In this document: in pieces, positions 63,165-64,000 of the stretch
Numbering within the stretch: the stretch's first letter is position 1
Layout: every line of letters begins with the position of its first letter
Origin: an uncultured delta proteobacterium
GTDB lineage: Bacteria > Myxococcota > Myxococcia > Myxococcales > Anaeromyxobacteraceae
Direction of reading: 5' to 3'
NCBI GenBank assembly: GCA_963828255.1
Contig: CAWHDZ010000026.1
Location: 1 to 64,000 of the forward strand
Length of the DNA: 64,000 nt
Notes under the pieces: model-generated
What the model saw: only the letters and a program-made list of their open reading frames with translations
Told to the model about the DNA's origin: nothing
The model's database searches: none
Made by a program: the position numbers and the translations under genes

Positions 63165-63913
63165 GCGCGGCCAGGGGTCAGCTCGATCTCTCCTTCGACG
63201 CCCGCGAGGCGGGGAGGACGGACCGCGTCGCCGCCGCCGAGCGGCTGGCCGACGAGGTGGCCGCCCGCATCGGCGAGCCTGTCCGGCTCGTGGTGCACGA
63301 CAACCGGCACACCATGGTCTCCTTCCGCCGCGAGCGGACGGCCATCCAGCTCCGCGTCCACCACCTCTTCCTGGGCTGCCCTCCCGAGGTGACCGAGGCG
63401 CTGGCCGGGTTCGTCCGGCCGGAGCGGCGCGCCAGCCGCCGGGAAGCCTCGCGCGTCATCGACGGGTGGGTGCGGATCCACCGGGAGCGGATCTCCCCGC
63501 CGCGCACCGGGCGGCTCCATGCGCGCGGGCGGGTCCACGATCTGCAGGCCATCCTCGATCGCCTCAACGCCGATCACTTCGGCGGGTCGGTCGAGGCCAG
63601 GATCGGCTGGGGGCGGAGCGGGGCCCTGCCCGGGCGCACCTCCATCCGCACCGGGGTGTACCTGCACGCCGCCCGCGCCATCCGCATCCACCCCGCGCTC
63701 GACCGGGAGGAGGTGCCGGTCTTCTACGTGGAGTTCGTGGTCTTCCACGAGATGCTTCACCAGGTGGTCCCGCCGGCCGAGCGGGGGGGGCGCCGGAGCA
63801 TCCACGGCCGGGAGTTCCGGCGGCGGGAGCGGTCCTTTCCCGGGCAGGCCCGTGCGGCCGCCTGGGAGAAGGAGAACGTGCACCTCCTGCTGGCAAAACC
63901 GGGACGACGGTAG
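63161..63913 (+). CDS. SprT/YgjP-like zinc metallo-domain protein
   Basis: IRIHPALD, FVVFHEMLH (HExxH), IHG..F; GTGA overlap with rqcH. Confidence 0.75.
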   Translation: MSAARGQLDLSFDAREAGRTDRVAAAERLADEVAARIGEPVRLVVHDNRHTMVSFRRERTAIQLRVHHLFLGCPPEVTEALAGFVRPERRASRREASRVIDGWVRIHRERISPPRTGRLHARGRVHDLQAILDRLNADHFGGSVEARIGWGRSGALPGRTSIRTGVYLHAARAIRIHPALDREEVPVFYVEFVVFHEMLHQVVPPAERGGRRSIHGREFRRRERSFPGQARAAAWEKENVHLLLAKPGRR

Positions 63914-64000
63914 TCAGGCGGCCGTCGCCGGCTCGCGCCGCAGTCTCCGGCTGCGCATCCAGAGCGCGCCCACGAGAAGCGCGAGCGTCCCGAGCGACAC
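63914..64000 (-). CDS. C-terminal end of a membrane protein entering from the right edge
   Basis: ...VSLGTLALLVGALWMRSRRLRREPATAA-stop. Confidence 0.5.
   Translation of the reverse strand: MSLGTLALLVGALWMRSRRLRREPATAA

Overview
Very GC-rich (roughly 70-75% by eye) bacterial chromosome segment. Gene content and order point to a Myxococcota/Anaeromyxobacter-like organism (inference). It is mostly core genome: ispE-spoVG-prs-rplY-pth-rpsF-rpsR-rplI; stand-alone mreB; hprK-rapZ-mannose-type PTS-ptsH-ptsI-metK-uppP-nudix-manC-pmm; glycogen genes (glgC; GH57-MFS-galT-glgA); dinB, ogt, thiO, a pabB-pabC fusion and rqcH. Accessory content includes two tandem Ser/Thr kinase-TM-TPR receptors next to a truncated HNH-family-like gene, a sigma54 two-component system, a 12-heme and a 7-heme/cytochrome-b (CbcL-like) cytochrome, and an orphan nitrilase-fold protein. 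I found no rRNA, tRNA, CRISPR array or transposase. Most notable: (1) a 17-bp spaced palindrome RTTCAC-N5-GTGAAY recurs about every 3-4 kb, mostly inside genes, often as a local patch of rare AT-ending codons; (2) a 24-codon Lys/Ala micro-ORF with its own promoter, SD and downstream hairpins lies directly upstream of rqcH; (3) two 1-bp frameshifts in short homopolymer runs are probably sequencing errors.
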